A DNA stretch of 64,000 bases. Origin: Cyanocohniella sp. LLY. GTDB taxonomy: Bacteria; Cyanobacteriota; Cyanobacteriia; Cyanobacteriales; Nostocaceae. The notes below the pieces were generated by a model. That model was not told the origin of the DNA and ran no database searches. It saw nothing but the letters and a program-made list of their open reading frames with translations. The first letter of the stretch is position 1. Each line of letters opens with the position of its first letter. The stretch covers positions 2,040-66,039 of the forward strand of contig JAKOMP010000016.1 of assembly GCA_022241785.1 (NCBI GenBank), read 5' to 3'. This document shows, piece by piece, positions 8,948-19,307 of the stretch. Made by a program: the position numbers and the translations under genes.

Positions 8948-10657
8948 ATGAATATCAACACTCAACAAATAAAAACTGATGTACTTGTCATTGGTGGCGG
9001 TACGGCTGGGACAATGGCAGGTATCAAAGCCAAACAAGCAAATCCAGACGCAGAGGTACTGATTTTAGAAAAGGCTAACATACGACGGAGTGGTGCGATC
9101 GCAATGGGGATGGATGGGGTAAACACCGCCGTCATTCCTGGACACTCGACACCAGAACAATACGTCCGCGAAATCACCCTAGCTAACGATGGTATTGTCA
9201 ACCAAAAAGCCGTATATCAAACAGGCAAATTAGGTTATGAAGTCATCCAAGAACTAGAAAGCTGGGGTGTGAAATTTCAAAAAGATGCCCAAGGCAACTA
9301 TGACTTAAAACAAGTGCATCGTGTAGGTAAATATGTCTTACCCATGCCAGAAGGTAAAGACCTGAAAACCATTCTCACCAGGCAAGTCAAACGCCACAAA
9401 GTCAAAGTCACAAATCGCGTCATGGCAACCCGTGTGTTAGTCAAAGCTGGACGTGCGATTGGTGCTGTGGGATTTGATGTTAGAAACGGCGATTATATAA
9501 TCATTCAAGCCAAAGCCGTCATCTTATGCACAGGTGCTTGTGGCAGATTAGGATTACCAGCTTCCGGCTATCTCTACGGCACTTACGAAAATCCCACCAA
9601 TGCCGGGGACGGCTATTCAATGGCTTATCATGCAGGTGCAGAACTCAGCAATATTGAATGTTTTCAAGTTAATCCTTTAATCAAAGATTATAACGGCCCT
9701 GCCTGTGCTTATGTCGCTGGGCCATTTGGCGCACATACAGCCAACGCCGAAGGAAATCGCTTCATTAGTTGCGACTATTGGAGTGGTCAAATGATGTTGG
9801 AAATTTGGAAAGAATTAAACTCTGGGAAAGGGCCAGTCCAACTAAAAATGACCCACCTTGATGAAGATACAATCGCCGAAATTGAATCCATACTTTGGGC
9901 GAATGAACGACCAAGTAGAGAACGCTTTCATCAAGGCAGAAATGAAGATTACCGCACCCACGGCGTAGAGATGCACATCTCAGAAATCGGCTTATGTAGC
10001 GGTCATAGTGCCTCTGGCGTATGGGTAAACGAAAACGCCCAAACAACAGTCCCAGGTTTATATGCAGCTGGAGACATGGCCAGCGTTCCCCATAATTATA
10101 TGATTGGAGCATTTGTTTTTGGTCGCATAGCTGGGACTCATGCCATTGAATATATTGAAAATTTAGATTTTACCGAACCAGATACAGATTTTTTAGAAGC
10201 TGAAAAAATCAGAATTTATGCCCCATTAACTCGTCCCAATGGTGTACCTCATACTCAAGTTGAATATAAATTAAGACGCTTAGTTAATGATTATCTGCAA
10301 CCACCAAAATCAGGTAATAAAATTGAGATTGGTTTGAAGAATTTTGTCCAATATCAACAAACCTTAGATTTAATGGGTGCGCGTGACCCCCATGAATTGA
10401 TGCGTTCTCTAGAAGTGCATTTTATTCGAGACTGTGCAGAAATGGCAGCCAGAGCATCATTATATCGTCAAGAAACACGTTGGGGACTTTATCATTACCG
10501 TTTAGATTATCCCGAAAAGAATGATGATGAGTGGTTTTGTCACGTCAACTTAAAAAAAAATGAATCAGGACAAATGGTATTATTTAAACGTCCTGTAGAT
10601 CCTTACATTGTAGAAGTAGATGCAGTCAAAGAATTTTATGATGTAACTGTAAGGTAA
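8948..10657 (+). CDS. SdhA/FrdA/AprA-superfamily flavoprotein (AsfA-like)
   Basis: FAD motif IGGGTAG, RSGAIAMGMDG, GLYAAGD, C-terminal ASLYRQETRWGLYHYRLDYP; sulfonate context. Confidence 0.85.
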   Translation: MNINTQQIKTDVLVIGGGTAGTMAGIKAKQANPDAEVLILEKANIRRSGAIAMGMDGVNTAVIPGHSTPEQYVREITLANDGIVNQKAVYQTGKLGYEVIQELESWGVKFQKDAQGNYDLKQVHRVGKYVLPMPEGKDLKTILTRQVKRHKVKVTNRVMATRVLVKAGRAIGAVGFDVRNGDYIIIQAKAVILCTGACGRLGLPASGYLYGTYENPTNAGDGYSMAYHAGAELSNIECFQVNPLIKDYNGPACAYVAGPFGAHTANAEGNRFISCDYWSGQMMLEIWKELNSGKGPVQLKMTHLDEDTIAEIESILWANERPSRERFHQGRNEDYRTHGVEMHISEIGLCSGHSASGVWVNENAQTTVPGLYAAGDMASVPHNYMIGAFVFGRIAGTHAIEYIENLDFTEPDTDFLEAEKIRIYAPLTRPNGVPHTQVEYKLRRLVNDYLQPPKSGNKIEIGLKNFVQYQQTLDLMGARDPHELMRSLEVHFIRDCAEMAARASLYRQETRWGLYHYRLDYPEKNDDEWFCHVNLKKNESGQMVLFKRPVDPYIVEVDAVKEFYDVTVR

Positions 10658-10661
10658 AATC

Positions 10662-11444
10662 ATGCCTATTTATAACTCAATTGGTCAGCAATATTCAAGA
10701 ACTCGTGTTCCTGATATTCGCATTGTCAATCAACTAATTGATTTACTCAATTTACCAAAAGATAGCATTATCGCTGATATTGGTGCTGGTACTGGTGGTT
10801 ACAGCCTAGCTCTAGCTAACCAAGGATTTTTTGTTAATGCTATTGAACCTTCTGTAGTGATGCAAAAACAAGCAGGAAATCATCCGCAAGTTAAGTGGTT
10901 CCCTGACTATGCAGAAAAATTACCTCTACCAGATAAGTCTGTTGATGCTGTTGTCAGTATCCTAGCAATTCATCACTTTAATAATCTCGAAAAAGCTTTT
11001 CAAGAAATGCAACGAGTTATTAGAGATGGAGTAATAGTTTTGCTAAGTTTTGATATTAGGTTTGCTCAGAAGATATGGCTGTATGATTACTTTCCGTTTT
11101 TGTGGGAAGATGCTTTACGATTTTTGCCTCTTCAGGAACAGATTGATTTAATTCAGACTCATACTAAAAGGCGCGTTGAAGCCATACCCCTTTTATTACC
11201 ATACGATTTATCTGATTTATTCGCAGCAGCAGCCTGGAGAAGACCAGAGTTATATCTTCAACCAGAAGTACGAGCCGGAATATCATCTTTTGCTTTAGCA
11301 AATCAAGATTTAATAGAGCAAGGATTACAGTTATTAACAGCAGATTTAAATAGTGGTGAATGGATAAAAAAGTATGGTGATATTCGCAATTTAACAGAGA
11401 TTGATTTAGGCTATCGTTTTATCCGTGCAACGCTGGTTAACTAA
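10662..11444 (+). CDS. Class I SAM-dependent methyltransferase
   Basis: ADIGAGTGGY, AEKLPLPDKSVD, IHHF. Confidence 0.88.
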   Translation: MPIYNSIGQQYSRTRVPDIRIVNQLIDLLNLPKDSIIADIGAGTGGYSLALANQGFFVNAIEPSVVMQKQAGNHPQVKWFPDYAEKLPLPDKSVDAVVSILAIHHFNNLEKAFQEMQRVIRDGVIVLLSFDIRFAQKIWLYDYFPFLWEDALRFLPLQEQIDLIQTHTKRRVEAIPLLLPYDLSDLFAAAAWRRPELYLQPEVRAGISSFALANQDLIEQGLQLLTADLNSGEWIKKYGDIRNLTEIDLGYRFIRATLVN

Positions 11445-11463
11445 ATAATTGTAATTTAAAATC

Positions 11464-11934
11464 ATGACAAATCAAATTACTGTAGGTGAGACAATTAAAA
11501 TTAGACAAGCTGAGATGAAAGATGTAGAGAGAATTGTTAGTCTTTGCGAACAACTTGAATATTCTGTAACAAATAAACAAATAGAGCAAAGACTTGCTAA
11601 AATTTTAAATAGTGATGCTCATATTGTGTATGTTGCAACTTTAGTAAATGAAGATGTGATTGGTTGGGCGCACGCTCATATTTGTGACTCAATAGTTATT
11701 TCGACTCCAGCGATTCTTTTGGGATTAGTTGTAGATCAAGATTATCGTTATAATGGAATTGGACGTTATTTAATGCAGCAAATCGAGCAGTGGGCTTATC
11801 TAGTTGGATGTGAGAGTGTTCTGTTACGTTCTAATATTAAACGTCAAGAGGCTCACTCGTTTTATGAAAAAATTGGTTATACCAATATCAAACAGTCGGT
11901 GACATTTTCTAAAAAATTGCAACCTCAAGAGTAA
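11464..11934 (+). CDS. GNAT acetyltransferase
   Basis: LVVDQDYRYNGIGRYLM, HSFYEKIGY. Confidence 0.9.
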   Translation: MTNQITVGETIKIRQAEMKDVERIVSLCEQLEYSVTNKQIEQRLAKILNSDAHIVYVATLVNEDVIGWAHAHICDSIVISTPAILLGLVVDQDYRYNGIGRYLMQQIEQWAYLVGCESVLLRSNIKRQEAHSFYEKIGYTNIKQSVTFSKKLQPQE

Positions 11935-11946
11935 AGAATTTAAAAA

Positions 11947-12356
11947 ATGATTACTGGAGTTAATCACATTACTTTATCTGTCAGAAATTTAGAAGAATCT
12001 ATCAATTTTTATACCAATGTCCTAGATTTCGCTTACTGGCAAAATGGACTAAAGGTGCTTATCTTTCGGCTGGTGACATTTGGTTGGCATTAATTCTAGA
12101 CAAGAAAGTTAGAGAAAATCCTCTACCTGAATATACCCATATTGGTCTGACTGTTTCTGTGAAAAATTTTCCTATTCTTAGCCAACGCATTCAACAATCA
12201 GGAGCAAAAATTTGGCAACAAAATCAAAGTGAAGGTGCTTCTTTGTATTTCCTTGATCCAAATAATCATAAACTGGAAATTCATGCTTCTGATTTAAATA
12301 CCAGAATCAAAACTGCTAAAGCATCTCCGTGGGAAGGGTTAGAATTTTTCGTTTAA
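11947..12356 (+). pseudogene. FosA-like VOC protein with a 1-nt frameshift near 12028
   Basis: Frame 1 MITGVNHITLSVRNLEESINFYTNVLD continues in another frame as RLLAKWTKGAYLSAGDIWLALILD...YTHI...EGASLYFLDPNNHKLEIH. Confidence 0.8.
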
Positions 12357-12425
12357 AGCTCGGATAAAAAAAAATTGTAATTAGAGTATCTAAAAATTAA
12401 TTAGCAATTCAATTATTTTTCTAAA

Positions 12426-12950
12426 ATGCTTGAGTTAATTAACCCAACTTGTGATTTACATTCTGAGTTTATTGATATGGTGGCGGAATATCAAGAACGT
12501 AGTGAATCACGACTATTTGATCAGAATAATTTGACGTTAATTCAAAAAAATTTTTCAGATCATATTCAATACTTAGAAAATAACTCAAAAGGTATGGATT
12601 TAAAACCTGGTTTCGTAACTGCAACAACTTTTTGGTTAGTAGTACAGAAGAAACTAATTCTGGGCGAAAGCCAATTACGCCATTGGTTAGTACCTAATTT
12701 AGAACATCGTGGAGGACATATTGGATATATGATTCGTCCTCTGCAAAGAAGTAAAGGATATGGTACACAAATACTGGCTATGACTTTAGAAAAAGCTAGA
12801 AACATGGGTTTAAGTCGCGTTCTTTTAACTTGCGACCAAGATAATCTTGCTTCCGCCCGCATAATTCAGAAAAATCAAGGTAAATTAGCAAGTGAGGGAT
12901 TTTTGGAAAATTCAGACACAGTTATTTTCCGCTATTGGATTGATTTATAA
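12426..12950 (+). CDS. GNAT acetyltransferase
   Basis: GGHIGYMIRP.QRSKGYG, LTCDQDNLASARII. Confidence 0.88.
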   Translation: MLELINPTCDLHSEFIDMVAEYQERSESRLFDQNNLTLIQKNFSDHIQYLENNSKGMDLKPGFVTATTFWLVVQKKLILGESQLRHWLVPNLEHRGGHIGYMIRPLQRSKGYGTQILAMTLEKARNMGLSRVLLTCDQDNLASARIIQKNQGKLASEGFLENSDTVIFRYWIDL

Positions 12951-13071
12951 AAACTTAATTTGAGACTAATAAAAATACTATGATTAATTTAGATGCAAAA
13001 TACATAAATCGTTTATTTTAAATTTAATTAATATTATAATAGATATATTTATCAAAATTTAATTTTTAACT

Positions 13072-13542
13072 ATGATCAAAGAATTTACTATAATTGACCA
13101 AATCACAATTAGACAAGCTGAAATTAAAGATGTAGAGCGGATTACTAATCTTTCCAAGCAATTGAAATATTTTGTATCCCAGGAACAAGTAGAACAGAGA
13201 CTAGCTATAATTCAAAATAATGATGCTCATGTTGTGTATGTGGCAACTTTAGATGTAGATAATGAATATGTTGTTGGTTGGGTACACGCTTATATTTGTG
13301 ACTCAATAGTGATTCCCGCTCCAGCTATTATTTTAGGATTAGTTGTAGATAAAAGTTATCGTCGTCATGGTATAGGGAGTTATTTAATGCAGCAAATTGA
13401 GCAGTGGGCTTTTTTAGTAGGATGTGACAGTGTTATGTTAAATTCAAATATTAAACGTAAAAAAAAAAACTTATTTTATAAAAAACTTGGTTACTTTAAC
13501 ATAAAACAGTCGTTAAATTTTCAAAAAAAATTAATTGACTAA
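13072..13542 (+). CDS. GNAT acetyltransferase, paralog of 11464-11934
   Basis: LVVDKSYRRHGIGSYLMQQIEQWA; high visible similarity to the upstream copy. Confidence 0.88.
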   Translation: MIKEFTIIDQITIRQAEIKDVERITNLSKQLKYFVSQEQVEQRLAIIQNNDAHVVYVATLDVDNEYVVGWVHAYICDSIVIPAPAIILGLVVDKSYRRHGIGSYLMQQIEQWAFLVGCDSVMLNSNIKRKKKNLFYKKLGYFNIKQSLNFQKKLID

Positions 13543-13545
13543 AAT

Positions 13546-14055
13546 ATGCAGTTAGTAGAAAATTTTTCCACACCCCGATTGTTAGCTGAACGCTTACGTT
13601 TTCAACATTTGCATGAACTTTGCGAGATGCACCAAAATACACAAGTGATGGCGACCTTGGGTGGCGTACGTTCTGATGAAAATACACGATTATTTATTTT
13701 CAATAATTTGCATCATTGGCAGCGTTATGGTTTTGGTTTATGGGTGTTTCGAGATAAAACTAGTCATAAATTTGTTGGTCGTGCTGGGCTTCGCAATAGT
13801 GATGTAGAAGGTATAAATAAAGTAGAATTAGCTTATGCTATTATGTCTGATTTTTGGGGACAAGGATTAGCTACAGAAATGGGTGAAGCAATTTTGAAAA
13901 TTGGTTTTGAATTGCTGAATTTACAAGAAATAGTTTGCTTTGCTCTCACCACAAATCAAGCTTCACAAAGAGTTATGGAAAAGTTGAGATTTAAATATGA
14001 GCATGAGATTATTCATGCTAATTTACCCCATTTATTGTACCGCTTAACGGCTTAA
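13546..14055 (+). CDS. RimJ/RimL-type GNAT acetyltransferase
   Basis: TPRLL, FVGRAGL, FWGQGLATE, NQASQRVMEKL. Confidence 0.88.
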   Translation: MQLVENFSTPRLLAERLRFQHLHELCEMHQNTQVMATLGGVRSDENTRLFIFNNLHHWQRYGFGLWVFRDKTSHKFVGRAGLRNSDVEGINKVELAYAIMSDFWGQGLATEMGEAILKIGFELLNLQEIVCFALTTNQASQRVMEKLRFKYEHEIIHANLPHLLYRLTA

Positions 14056-14078
14056 TTATAAAATCAAGGAGTAGTTTT

Positions 14079-14306
14079 ATGGCTTTAATCAATCAAAGAA
14101 TAGATGTACCTGTCATCGTTGATGAATCTAAATGCTTAGAAAAATGTACAGCCTGTATTGAAGTTTGTCCATTAGATGTGTTGGCAAAAAATCCAGAGAC
14201 AGGAAAAGCATATATGAAATATGATGAATGCTGGTTTTGTCTACCTTGTGAAAAGGAATGTCCTACCAATGCAATTACAGTACAAATTCCCTTTTTGTTG
14301 CGGTAA
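14079..14306 (+). CDS. 2[4Fe-4S] ferredoxin (AsfB/AprB-like)
   Basis: CLEKCTACIEVCP and CWFCLPCEKECP; AGGAG RBS. Confidence 0.92.
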   Translation: MALINQRIDVPVIVDESKCLEKCTACIEVCPLDVLAKNPETGKAYMKYDECWFCLPCEKECPTNAITVQIPFLLR

Positions 14307-14360
14307 TTGTATCAGATCATAAACTTACTTATAACAAACCAATTGATATCAGGATTTTAA

Positions 14361-15338
14361 ATGTCTACAAATAGTACTAATTCCGAATTGAATCAATGGC
14401 TAGAAATGCTGAGATCGCCTGATGTAAATGACCGTCTAGTAGCTGTCAAAACCTTACAACATTTAGGTGATGAAGAAACAATTGATGCTTTAATTATGGC
14501 GTTGCAAGATGAAAATACCAGTGTCCAGAAAATAGCTATATCTGCTCTTTGGGAAATTGCCGATCCTGTGGCTATCCCAGCTTTAATTGAACGCTTAAAT
14601 TCAGCAGATGCAGAGATTCGATCTGAAGCCGCATCAGCCTTAAACGAATTAGTTACACAAGATGATTTGTTACTTTTATTAGATAAGTTACAAATTAATC
14701 ATATCAATACACAATTAAATATTTTAGTATTGCTACGTAAGATACACGACATTCAATCTTTACCCTATATATTACCATTTTTACAATCAAACAATCCTGA
14801 TTTAAGAGAAGCTGCTATTACCACGTTGCGATATCTCAATCAACTAGAAAAATGTCCCCAAGCTTTAGAGTTAATATTTGATGAATCAGCAGTTGTACGT
14901 CGTGCTGCTGCTTTAACTTTAGGAAATTTACAAGATACAGAAATAATTATAATACTTTCCCAAGCACTGACAAACGATAGTGACTGGCAAGTTCGCCGGA
15001 ATGCAGCGAAATCTCTGGCTATTCCTGAAAATCATCAAGCAACTTCCGCATTAGTAATAGCCTTAGATGATGAACATTGGCAAGTGCGAAAAGCAGCAGC
15101 ACAAGCTTTGCAAAAAATCCCAGATATTCAAGTTATGCCGAAATTAATTCAAGCATTAACAGATGAATATGCAGATGTCCGCAAAGAAGCTGCGATCGCA
15201 CTTGGAAATTTAGCTCACCCTGACGTTATTAACCCCTTACAACAAGCCTTAGATGATCCTGATAAAGAAGTGTCCATCCAAGCACAACGGGCAATCCAGA
15301 AAATTCAAACAGCTAAAATAGGTTCAAGAAAGCAGTAA
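14361..15338 (+). CDS. HEAT-repeat (PBS lyase-like) protein
   Basis: Repeated AL.DE.WQVR..AA.AL units. Confidence 0.9.
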   Translation: MSTNSTNSELNQWLEMLRSPDVNDRLVAVKTLQHLGDEETIDALIMALQDENTSVQKIAISALWEIADPVAIPALIERLNSADAEIRSEAASALNELVTQDDLLLLLDKLQINHINTQLNILVLLRKIHDIQSLPYILPFLQSNNPDLREAAITTLRYLNQLEKCPQALELIFDESAVVRRAAALTLGNLQDTEIIIILSQALTNDSDWQVRRNAAKSLAIPENHQATSALVIALDDEHWQVRKAAAQALQKIPDIQVMPKLIQALTDEYADVRKEAAIALGNLAHPDVINPLQQALDDPDKEVSIQAQRAIQKIQTAKIGSRKQ

Positions 15339-15357
15339 ATAATTAAAAAAAAGCACA

Positions 15358-15417
15358 ATGGGAAATCCATTTCCTGGAATGAACCCGTATTTGGAACAAC
15401 CTGAACTTTGGCATCAA
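15358..15417 (+). pseudogene. 5' remnant of a DUF4058-like gene
   Basis: MGNPFPGMNPYLEQPELWHQ, then runs into the 3' end of the convergent gene. Confidence 0.6.
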
Positions 15418-15420
15418 AAT

Positions 15421-15732
15421 CTATTGGGGATGTTGGAGGTTTTGATGAGCAACTTCTAATTTGTCTCGGTTTACCCAACGATTAACAAAATCATTTTGAT
15501 TCTTCTGCACTTTGACTTGCACTTGCTTAGAGCCAAGTTTTACAACTTCGGCTGGAATCCGTTGAATTTTTTCAGAATCAGCACGCGATTTATACAGCCA
15601 AACAACTTTTTGTCCTATAAAATAATCAGAATTAGAAATTGAATTTGATATGTCATCTGCCAAAGAAGGATTAGAAGTAGCTAAATTTATAATAAATATT
15701 AGAATCATTAAAGCGATTTTAATAGTCTTCAT
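15421..15732 (-). CDS. Hypothetical secreted protein
   Basis: Signal peptide MKTIKIALMILIFIINLATSNPSLA and small beta-rich domain. Confidence 0.7.
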   Translation of the reverse strand: MKTIKIALMILIFIINLATSNPSLADDISNSISNSDYFIGQKVVWLYKSRADSEKIQRIPAEVVKLGSKQVQVKVQKNQNDFVNRWVNRDKLEVAHQNLQHPQ

Positions 15733-15752
15733 GTTGCCTCTGTGTTCAAAAT

Positions 15753-16436
15753 TCAATTAAAAAGCATTGCTAAATTAGGAAAAAGTTGATAACTGCCGCT
15801 ATCGATGATGATTGATAAACCCAAATATATCAAGATGAATGGAAAGATTTTGCGACCGTAACGAGTTAAAACCGAAGCCATTACAGGATTGCGAGTCAGA
15901 TTATAGGAGAGAAAGCACCATGTACCAATTGCGGAATAACAAACACACAAAATTACTGCTAAACTTGGAATATTACTACTAGCAAATAACGGTATATAAA
16001 TACCAATATTATTACCACCGTTAGCAATAGTGACTGCTGATACACGATAGGTTTGTGGATCTTTGAGAGTGGCTAATAATGTTTTTTTCTGACGTGGTTT
16101 CTGATATTGACTTTTTACTGACTGCTCAAATTGAACTGATACAGTTTGTAAAACTTCTTCCTCTTCTTTACTCATCAGATGACTAATACCAATAAAGATA
16201 GGGAGAAGTCCTAGTAACCCAATCCATGCTTCTGGCAGAATTAAACCACCCAAAAAACCAGGGAGACTAGCCATTACTAATGTCGTAAATCCCACAAATT
16301 CGCCTATGATAATATGTCTGGGACGAAAGGCATGATTTACTTTACCGAAAAAAGCAGTCAAATATAAATTATCATCAAATGTAGTAGCAAAAGCCGCAGA
16401 CATTCCCATCAATACAGTACCAATTAGCCATCCCAT
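15753..16436 (-). CDS. Cadmium resistance transporter (CadD) family membrane protein
   Basis: FATTFDDNLYL, IGLLGLLPI, VTIANGGNNIGIYIPLF. Confidence 0.85.
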   Translation of the reverse strand: MGWLIGTVLMGMSAAFATTFDDNLYLTAFFGKVNHAFRPRHIIIGEFVGFTTLVMASLPGFLGGLILPEAWIGLLGLLPIFIGISHLMSKEEEEVLQTVSVQFEQSVKSQYQKPRQKKTLLATLKDPQTYRVSAVTIANGGNNIGIYIPLFASSNIPSLAVILCVCYSAIGTWCFLSYNLTRNPVMASVLTRYGRKIFPFILIYLGLSIIIDSGSYQLFPNLAMLFN

Positions 16437-16698
16437 AGTTTCCTCCGCAATGATTTAGCAAGTTTTTCCAGAAGATAATTGCAGTGATCGCCTTAACTAC
16501 AGATGTAATTTCGTTCTTCAACTGGTAAGCTTGTTAGCCTATGAAATTAATAGTATTATCTGACTCAGATAAGAGCAAATATTCTTTCTTCTTAAAACGA
16601 TAAATTGAATTTATTAAATAAAAAAATAAAAAGCACCAGGTGCAGAAATAGCCTAGTGCAAGATATCTATTAATTCAGTAACTGCTAACTGTTAACTA

Positions 16699-17499
16699 TT
16701 AAACCCCTGGAGTACTACCGCCATCAACTATAATCTCGCCTCCAGTGATAGAAGATGCTAAATCAGAAACTAAAAATAAAGCTAATGCAGCAATTTCCTC
16801 TGGTTTGACAACTTTACCCAATGGTATGGCTTTTAAAGATTCGGCTTTGATTTCTTCTACACTCACACCGCGAATTTGAGCATTTTGCAACGCTAAACTT
16901 TCCGCACGTTCGGTAGCAGTTAATCCAGGAGAAATGGCATTAATGCGAATATTGTACTGGGCTAACTCTTTAGAAATACCGCGTGTGAAGTTCAATAAAG
17001 CTGCATTGGTTGTACCGCCAGGGAGGAAAGAAGGACGGGGTGTGCGTCCTGCACCACCAATAATATTGACAATTCGCCCATCGCGTCTGTTTTTCTGATG
17101 GGGGACAACAGCTCTTACCAATCTGATGTAACCTAATAATTTTAAGTTCCAAGCATCCAAAAAAGCATCGTCACCCAACTCTAAAAAAGAACCTGCACGT
17201 GCTGAACCAGCATTGTTAATTAAAATATCAATTTGACCGAATTGTTCTAGAGTTGTTGATACCACTTTTTCAATACTTTCGGCTTGTGTAATATCTGCAC
17301 TCACAGAAATTACTTTAGCTCCTGATGTCGGTAGAGACTGAATATCTGCTACGGCTGTTTCTAGTTTTTCTTGATTACGAGCAGCAATTACCACATTTAC
17401 ACCTTCAGTGTAGAGCGCTTTGGCGATCGCTAACCCAATACCTGCACTTCCACCTGTGACAATTGCTGTTTTACCTGATAGTTGTAGGTCTAAGCTCAT
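16699..17499 (-). CDS. SDR oxidoreductase with atypical active site (GTTN in place of YxxxK)
   Basis: TGGSAGIG, NNAG, NAISPG, IVDGG; PGGTTNAAL at the catalytic position. Confidence 0.88.
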   Translation of the reverse strand: MSLDLQLSGKTAIVTGGSAGIGLAIAKALYTEGVNVVIAARNQEKLETAVADIQSLPTSGAKVISVSADITQAESIEKVVSTTLEQFGQIDILINNAGSARAGSFLELGDDAFLDAWNLKLLGYIRLVRAVVPHQKNRRDGRIVNIIGGAGRTPRPSFLPGGTTNAALLNFTRGISKELAQYNIRINAISPGLTATERAESLALQNAQIRGVSVEEIKAESLKAIPLGKVVKPEEIAALALFLVSDLASSITGGEIIVDGGSTPGV

Positions 17500-17551
17500 A
17501 CAAAATTATCCTCAATATATAATTTGATTGTTTATACAACATTAATAGCGA

Positions 17552-18238
17552 TTAGATATCACGCTTTGACTTTGCGCTGTTAACAAAGTATTGATTTTGC
17601 TCTAACAAGTTTGGTAATAATTTCATGTCATTAAATACAACAGATGCACCAACTTCTCGTAGTTTTTCGGGGTTAATCATTTCTGTATGACCATTTTTGG
17701 TCATACCTGCATCAACTCCAGCTCGAACACCTGTTGGTGTATCTTCGATTACTACACATTCTTGTGGTAAAAATCCCATTTTTTCGGCTGCATATAAAAA
17801 TACATCTGGGTATGGTTTACTACGTGTAACTTCTTTGGCACTAAAGATTTTTCCTGAAAAGTAAGAAAGCAAATCTGTCTTGGCTAAGGCTTTTCCCACC
17901 CAATTACGACCGCTATTTGAGGCAACACAATGAGCAAGCTTGAGCGTACTTAAAACATCCTTGATTCCTTGTACTGGCTGCAAATCTGTTATAAAAGCTT
18001 GTATACATCTTCGCTCAAATTCAGTAGCAAAGTTTTCTGGTGGAGATTTACCAAACCTATTTTGAATTATTTCTATACAGAAATTCGTGGATGTGCCAAT
18101 AAAAATATCAATGACCTCCTCTAAAGTTAAAAATATCCCTATTTCGTTGAGTATTTCCAACAAAATAATGTTGGCTATGCGTTCACTATCTATCAGAACA
18201 CCATCACAATCAAAAATAACTAATTTAATTTTGTCCAT
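17552..18238 (-). CDS. HAD-superfamily hydrolase (IA)
   Basis: IFDCDGVLIDSE, SKPYPDVF, IEDTPTGV. Confidence 0.9.
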   Translation of the reverse strand: MDKIKLVIFDCDGVLIDSERIANIILLEILNEIGIFLTLEEVIDIFIGTSTNFCIEIIQNRFGKSPPENFATEFERRCIQAFITDLQPVQGIKDVLSTLKLAHCVASNSGRNWVGKALAKTDLLSYFSGKIFSAKEVTRSKPYPDVFLYAAEKMGFLPQECVVIEDTPTGVRAGVDAGMTKNGHTEMINPEKLREVGASVVFNDMKLLPNLLEQNQYFVNSAKSKRDI

Positions 18239-18267
18239 GAATTTACAAAAAATTCGATGAATGATAC

Positions 18268-19155
18268 TTATTTTGGTGCAGTTTCGTCGGAAAGAGTAGT
18301 AATGATTTCACTCAAAAGGCGTTCGCGGTTACGTTCTTCTGGTGTTTCCTTACCTAACGAGGTATCCTTCACCAAGCGGTAAATGTCGGCGGCTCCGTAA
18401 AAAGTCCGCTCAGTCAAACCTACTTCTTTAAAAGTTTCCGCAATCTCTTCCATTTCTCCGATCCAACGATGTGCTTTTGGTGTCATGGATGGAATGGAAC
18501 GGGTGAGAATAGCCGCAAGTTCTGGTTGACTGCTAGATATTTCGTTCCATAATTGCTCATCCAAGCCTAAGCGATGGGCGGCAATCAGTAATTCTGTACC
18601 AATAGCTGTTAATCCTTTCGTTAAGGCGGCGTAAGACATCTTCAATCCTGAAGCCTGACCGATTTCTTCGCCAATAATTCGGATATCTAATCCATAATTT
18701 CCTAGTTGTAGAAATTCATCGGTCTGTTTTCCTGACGCATAAATGCGGGTACGTCCGGGAACTCTGGGAGGAGGGCCAATGATAGAAGCATCGATAAATG
18801 TTCCTCCCACTGATTCGATGATTTGGGCAATACGCTTTACTTTTTGCGGTGCGATCGCATTAGCATCAACATACAGAATTTGTTTCCCCACATTATCTAT
18901 AGCTTCTGCTACTTGCTTGGCTGCTGCTTTTGCGGCTGCGGGGACAAGAACTGATAACACTACATCTGATTGAATTACCAGTTGTGTGAGAGAACCGACA
19001 TCTTCGATATTGGCTGCGGCTGCTAATTGCCGAGTTCTTGGACTGCGATCCTCTAGCGCCGCAATGGTCTTTAATCCATTTTGATTGAGAACAGCTGCGA
19101 TCGCCTGTCCCATGTCACCTGGACTTAAAATACCGACCGTTTGTATTGCCGCCAT
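18268..19155 (-). CDS. NAD(P)-dependent beta-hydroxyacid dehydrogenase-like protein (DUF1932 type)
   Basis: LSPGDMG Rossmann motif, DASIIGPPP, ASGLKMSYAALTKG, RWIGEMEEI. Confidence 0.85.
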   Translation of the reverse strand: MAAIQTVGILSPGDMGQAIAAVLNQNGLKTIAALEDRSPRTRQLAAAANIEDVGSLTQLVIQSDVVLSVLVPAAAKAAAKQVAEAIDNVGKQILYVDANAIAPQKVKRIAQIIESVGGTFIDASIIGPPPRVPGRTRIYASGKQTDEFLQLGNYGLDIRIIGEEIGQASGLKMSYAALTKGLTAIGTELLIAAHRLGLDEQLWNEISSSQPELAAILTRSIPSMTPKAHRWIGEMEEIAETFKEVGLTERTFYGAADIYRLVKDTSLGKETPEERNRERLLSEIITTLSDETAPK

Positions 19156-19228
19156 AAAACACCTGATTTTATGTGTATTCAGCTTTTAACTAATGCGCTG
19201 ATTTTAGTGATTGAGTTATGAAATAAAC

Positions 19229-19254
19229 TACTGTAACTTGATAGAATTACCGTA
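19229..19254. promoter_or_regulatory. 26-bp palindromic operator in divergent promoter
   Basis: TACTGTAACTTGATAGAATTACCGTA. Confidence 0.88.
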
Positions 19255-19307
19255 GTTAGTCTAAATAGCAACTTACCATAAATTATTCTGAGGAAGCAAG
19301 CTATTCC

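Noticed and set aside
13459..13469. A11 tract in a GNAT gene as a phase-variation switch
   Set aside because: In frame, in very AT-rich sequence, with no other support.
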